A DNA stretch of 64,000 bases from NCBI GenBank assembly GCA_963836075.1, contig CAWIIB010000009.1:2624001-2688000 (forward strand), in the 5' to 3' direction. Shown piece by piece: positions 60,301 through 64,000 of the stretch (position 1 is its first letter; every line of letters begins with the position of its first letter). The DNA is from an uncultured Acidobacteriota bacterium. Its GTDB lineage: Bacteria; Acidobacteriota; JAQAZP01. The position numbers were made by a program, and so were the translations under genes. The notes under the pieces were generated by a model. That model searched no databases. It saw only the letters and a program-made list of their open reading frames with translations, and was not told where the DNA came from.

Positions 60301-60767
60301 CCGGGACCTGTGTCGGCGCCCTGGGGGCACGGCTCGAGAGAGCGACTCGTACGCTGTCATCGGTATCGGGCCCTGACGTCTTGAGTATACTCTGCCAGTT
60401 CCGTCATATCATCCTGTCCTTACTGCTGTGAACAATGAAGAGACCGCAGTGCAGGTAGTCCTGCCTTTTCGATCTTTTTCCGCGAGATTGCTTGACAATA
60501 CATGAAAAATGACTAATATTTGTTGCATAGTGTTGGGTTTTTTGACAGGTGGGAGACTCGACGTTTCTATTAAGCTGTTTTTTTAGAGTAGGATAGCACG
60601 GCGGTTGTGCCGTTTTTTGACACATGCTTCCCCCCTTGGCTGTCTTGACCTCCCATCATTCTTGATCTCATATCATTGGTGTTATGCAGGCGATTGCTGT
60701 TCTTCAGGGGATGATTCTCACCACTGGTGAGGCAGGAGAGCGGCCGCTGCGCTAAAAAGGGGATGCG

Positions 60768-61289
60768 ATGATCAGAGTGGATCGTTTGAGACCGGGGACG
60801 ACGCTGCTCACCGTGCTGCTGGCACTGGTGCTCACCGCTGCTGGATGTTCCTCGCTGAGCGACAACAGCCCCACCGGTCCGGGGGATACCGGAACCGCGG
60901 CCACCTCCAGCGACACCTACGCGGAGGCGTTTATCAGGGCCGATGTGGGCGGCACACTGCTTATGGGGGACAACCGGGTCTATTTCCCGCCGGGAGCGCT
61001 TGCCGAAGATACCCTGGTCACCATCCTCCGGGAGGGTAGCAGCACCACCTTCGAACTTTCGCCGGACGGGCTCGAGTTCTACGCGCCGGTGACCCTGACC
61101 CTGGAGATGGCTCCGGCCGGTGGGTTCGGCGCCAACAAGGGCTTCACATTCCCGGTGATCTACTACTACAACGAAGACACGACCCAGTGGGAGAACATGG
61201 GCGGTGTCCCCGACTTCGGCAAGCGGGTGATCAGCACCCAGATCGAGCACTTCTCCCGTTACGGCACCGGAGTCCCCTGGTTCCACTGA
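60768..61289 (+). CDS. Lipoprotein with ZU5-like domain
   Basis: Lipobox LTAAG|C; GGTL, FPPGAL, LSPDGLEF..PVTLTL, W, IEHFSRY. Confidence 0.75.
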   Translation: MIRVDRLRPGTTLLTVLLALVLTAAGCSSLSDNSPTGPGDTGTAATSSDTYAEAFIRADVGGTLLMGDNRVYFPPGALAEDTLVTILREGSSTTFELSPDGLEFYAPVTLTLEMAPAGGFGANKGFTFPVIYYYNEDTTQWENMGGVPDFGKRVISTQIEHFSRYGTGVPWFH

Positions 61290-61432
61290 TCACCGGGGAT
61301 ACGCACTCCCATGGACTAATGCAGCCCGCCGCCGGCCGGCGGGCTGTTCCATGTACGGCAGCCGCGGTTCCCGCGGTATACTGTCCGGGCAGCCGCTGAT
61401 CCCCAAACCGGCCCGCGGCCCGACCACCGGAC

Positions 61433-63133
61433 ATGGCCATGAGCGATCGTTCCCATCTCTCGCAGATCCGCCGGGACCTTCTCGATGAGCTGAAGGAGGA
61501 GGTGCGGTTCCACATCGGTCCGGTCCCGCCGTCCCTCAGTCGCTACTACCGGCAATACAAGGACGAGTTCGCCGGGCGGTGGCGCTCCTCCTCCAAGGAG
61601 GAGCTGATCCGCGAACTGCTGGGGGCGAGGCTGGTCATGCTCGGCGATTTCCACACTCTGCGGCAGTCCCAGCGGACCCTCCTGCGAATCCTGCGCGAAG
61701 TGGTGCCCGGCGGGCGGACAGTCCGTCTGGGTCTGGAGATGATCCACACCGTCCACCAGGAACAGTTGGACGGCTATCTGGCCGGGGAGATCGACCGGAC
61801 GGAGTTCCTCCGTGCCGTGCACTATGACACCACCTGGGGGTTCCCCTGGGAAGGGTACGGGGAGATCCTGGATTTCGCCCGCAGCCATTCCATCCCGGTG
61901 CATGGCCTCAACGTGGCCGGCAGCGGCCACGGCCCCGGGCTGCGCAAGCGGGACCGGCACGCCGCCCGTCTGCTGGCCGGGCTGGCCGCCCGCTTTCCCG
62001 ATGATCTGATCCAGGTGGTGTTTGGCGACCTGCACCTGGCCGCGGGGCACCTGCCCCGTGAGACGGTCAGAGAATTGCGACGGGCTGGTCTGGCGAAGGT
62101 GGAACCGCTGGTGATATTCCAGAACAGCGAGACGATCTTCTGGAAGCTGCACCGGCGGCGGCTGCAGCACAAGGTGGACGTGGTGCGCCTGGGTCCGAAC
62201 CGCTTCTGCATCAACAGCACCCCGCCCTGGGTCAAGCTCCACTCCCTCATCTTTTGGGAGCGGAACCGCGCCGACCTCATCCCGGCACTGCTGGCCGGCA
62301 CCGCCGGCGCCACCGGGGACGGGGTGGAGGCGGTTGAGTACAGCGAGCAGCAGGCGGGGATGATCCGCCTGGTGGCCGGCTATTTCGGTATCGATCCGCC
62401 CGGGATGGACGACTTCACCGTGATGACCCTGGTGGAATTGGACCAGTTGCTGGCATCGCTCAGCAGCCTGCCCCGGTTCTCTTCACTGGAGCCGCTGCTG
62501 CTGGGTCGGGAGTCGCTGTTCATTCCCGAGCGGCGGATCATCTTTTTGCGGGGCCCGGACATCAATCACGCGGCGGAGCAGGGAGCGGTGTTTCTCAACT
62601 GGCTCTGCACCTGCTACCGGCCGCAGCCCGACGGCGGGCAGGACGAGTTCTACCGCCGGGTGATCCGCCGCGCCCTGGGGTTCGCCGGATCGCTGGTGGT
62701 CAACCCCCGGCGCAAACACTGGCACGAGGAGGACCACAAACGGTATCTCCGGCGGCACCACCGCCGGCGATCGCGCACCTTCCGGGGAAAGATCCAGCGC
62801 GAGGCCAGCCGCCGGGTGCTGGTCCACCTGCGGCGGGAAAAGGAGCGGCGGTTCGCCGGGGCGCCACAGACAGGGGCGCGGGGCGCGGTGATCAGGTCGA
62901 TCCTCGGAATCGACGACCGGAACCTGCGCCTGGTCTCCACTGGCCTGGGGCAGATCCTCGGCTACCGCCTGTATCACGGTATGCTCCAGGGGGCGGTGAA
63001 CCGGACCGAGGTGGCGGGGCTCTTCTCGATGAAGCTCGACGGGCGGCATGAAGCACGGGATCTGTACCTCGACCTCAAGCAGCGTCTCCTCCGGGTTGTG
63101 CCGGTGGTGATCAGCAAGTCCCACCGATTCTAG
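61433..63133 (+). CDS. ChaN/TIKI-fold domain protein with long C-terminal extension
   Basis: LGDFH...Q, LGLEM, Q..LD.Y..G.I..EF, WGFPW.GY..I..FAR, G.LH. Confidence 0.75.
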   Translation: MAMSDRSHLSQIRRDLLDELKEEVRFHIGPVPPSLSRYYRQYKDEFAGRWRSSSKEELIRELLGARLVMLGDFHTLRQSQRTLLRILREVVPGGRTVRLGLEMIHTVHQEQLDGYLAGEIDRTEFLRAVHYDTTWGFPWEGYGEILDFARSHSIPVHGLNVAGSGHGPGLRKRDRHAARLLAGLAARFPDDLIQVVFGDLHLAAGHLPRETVRELRRAGLAKVEPLVIFQNSETIFWKLHRRRLQHKVDVVRLGPNRFCINSTPPWVKLHSLIFWERNRADLIPALLAGTAGATGDGVEAVEYSEQQAGMIRLVAGYFGIDPPGMDDFTVMTLVELDQLLASLSSLPRFSSLEPLLLGRESLFIPERRIIFLRGPDINHAAEQGAVFLNWLCTCYRPQPDGGQDEFYRRVIRRALGFAGSLVVNPRRKHWHEEDHKRYLRRHHRRRSRTFRGKIQREASRRVLVHLRREKERRFAGAPQTGARGAVIRSILGIDDRNLRLVSTGLGQILGYRLYHGMLQGAVNRTEVAGLFSMKLDGRHEARDLYLDLKQRLLRVVPVVISKSHRF

Positions 63134-63174
63134 CTCTTGCTTCCGCGGTCCGGGCCAGGTTCACGGACCGGTTC

Positions 63175-63455
63175 TGTGGAAAAAAAACAAAATCCTCATT
63201 TTTGTTCCTGATTTTCGGGAAACTGGCAAGATTCGTGCTAAGGCATGTGTAATCATGGTGATACCACTGTTTCACTTTTCGGTCGATCCGTGCGAAGTCC
63301 TTGGTTCAGCAAGACTTGGAGAAAGCCGCAGTCCCTTTTCCACAGGGTTTTCCACACAAGCTGTTGACAAGTGGCACCGGGGCCGGCCCCGGCCGGCGAA
63401 CCGTCCTGTACGTTCCCATTTTCAGCCTGCTATGTTAAAATCAAAATTTGTCACA
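63175..63455. promoter_or_regulatory. Cluster of DnaA-box-like 9-mers
   Basis: TTTTCCACA at 63336 and 63348, its reverse at 63175; degenerate copies at 63362 and 63447. Confidence 0.6.
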
Positions 63456-63522
63456 ACTTTTCCGGCCTGATGATCCAGCGGCAACTGCCGTGTACCACGG
63501 TTTGCAGAAAAAGGAGGTCCTG

Positions 63523-64000
63523 ATGAGCAGGAATGGGATCCGGGGAATCGCCTTCTTTACGGCGGCAGCGATACTCCTCGCGGCCGGCCCCGTTTTTATT
63601 GCCGAAGCCCGCGCCACCGAGGCCCAGCCCGGGGCCGAGCAGGCCATCGAGACCATGATCAAGGCGATCAAGGAGGACAATGCGCCGATCAGGAACCGCA
63701 TGTTCTTCAGGCTTCGCGATATCGGAGAGCCGTCGGTGGAACCGTTGATCGCCGCTTATGCCGCCAACAGCGAATTGCCGGTGCGGCAGTACATCATCAA
63801 CATGCTCGGCTGGGTGGGCGGGGAACAGGCCTACGAGTTCATCTCGGAGAAGGTCACCGACCAGCGGGCCGAAATCCGCCAGAAGGCCGCCGAAGCCCTC
63901 TGCACCATCGATGACAAACGGGGCATCCCGCTGTTGATCCAGGCGCTGGACGACAGTGACGAAAACGTCCGCATCGCCGCCATCGTCTCCCTCGGCGTGA
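63523..64000 (+). CDS. Exported HEAT/PBS-lyase repeat protein (3' partial)
   Basis: AAGGAGG SD, signal peptide, IGEPSVEPLI, IRQKAAEAL, GIPLLIQAL.D.D..VR.AA..SLG. Confidence 0.85.
   Translation, partial: MSRNGIRGIAFFTAAAILLAAGPVFIAEARATEAQPGAEQAIETMIKAIKEDNAPIRNRMFFRLRDIGEPSVEPLIAAYAANSELPVRQYIINMLGWVGGEQAYEFISEKVTDQRAEIRQKAAEALCTIDDKRGIPLLIQALDDSDENVRIAAIVSLGV

Overview
GC-rich bacterial chromosome segment. The RpoA N-terminus [12 protein letters not shown] suggests Acidobacteriota (inference). 1-10.4 kb is the distal S10/spc/alpha ribosomal operon (rpsQ to rplQ, no adk). 10.5-24.3 kb is a minus-strand housekeeping run: tRNA-Val, thrS, infC, rpmI, rplT, zapB-like, zapA, a 6S-like RNA, rny, ymdB, xseAB, ispA, tlyA, nadK and an EF-G paralogue. 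truA is followed by a lower-GC accessory block (25.3-33.1 kb): a Phd/ParE toxin-antitoxin cassette bracketed by two copies of the truA 3' end, a ~1,400-aa secreted protein broken by three frameshifts (two at simple-sequence tracts) and an FG-GAP protein. Next come a GNAT-like hypothetical, an SDR, uppS-cdsA-dxr-ispG, a membrane PP2C phosphatase with a degenerate CAAX-protease domain, a sigma54-preceded comEA / degenerate IS110-RuvC-like domain / FimT-like pilin cluster, gcvTHPAPB, maf, GT4, dciA, a second tRNA-Val, a K+ channel, a CPBP protease and a 130-bp palindromic element. The window ends with a kinase-P-loop-TPR plus hybrid histidine kinase pair divergent from a ZU5-like lipoprotein, a ChaN-like protein, a DnaA-box cluster and a partial HEAT protein. 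Single-base indels in conserved genes (gcvT, gcvPB, the histidine kinase) suggest assembly errors, which weakens every frameshift-based inference. Family calls come from motifs recognised by eye; no searches were run.
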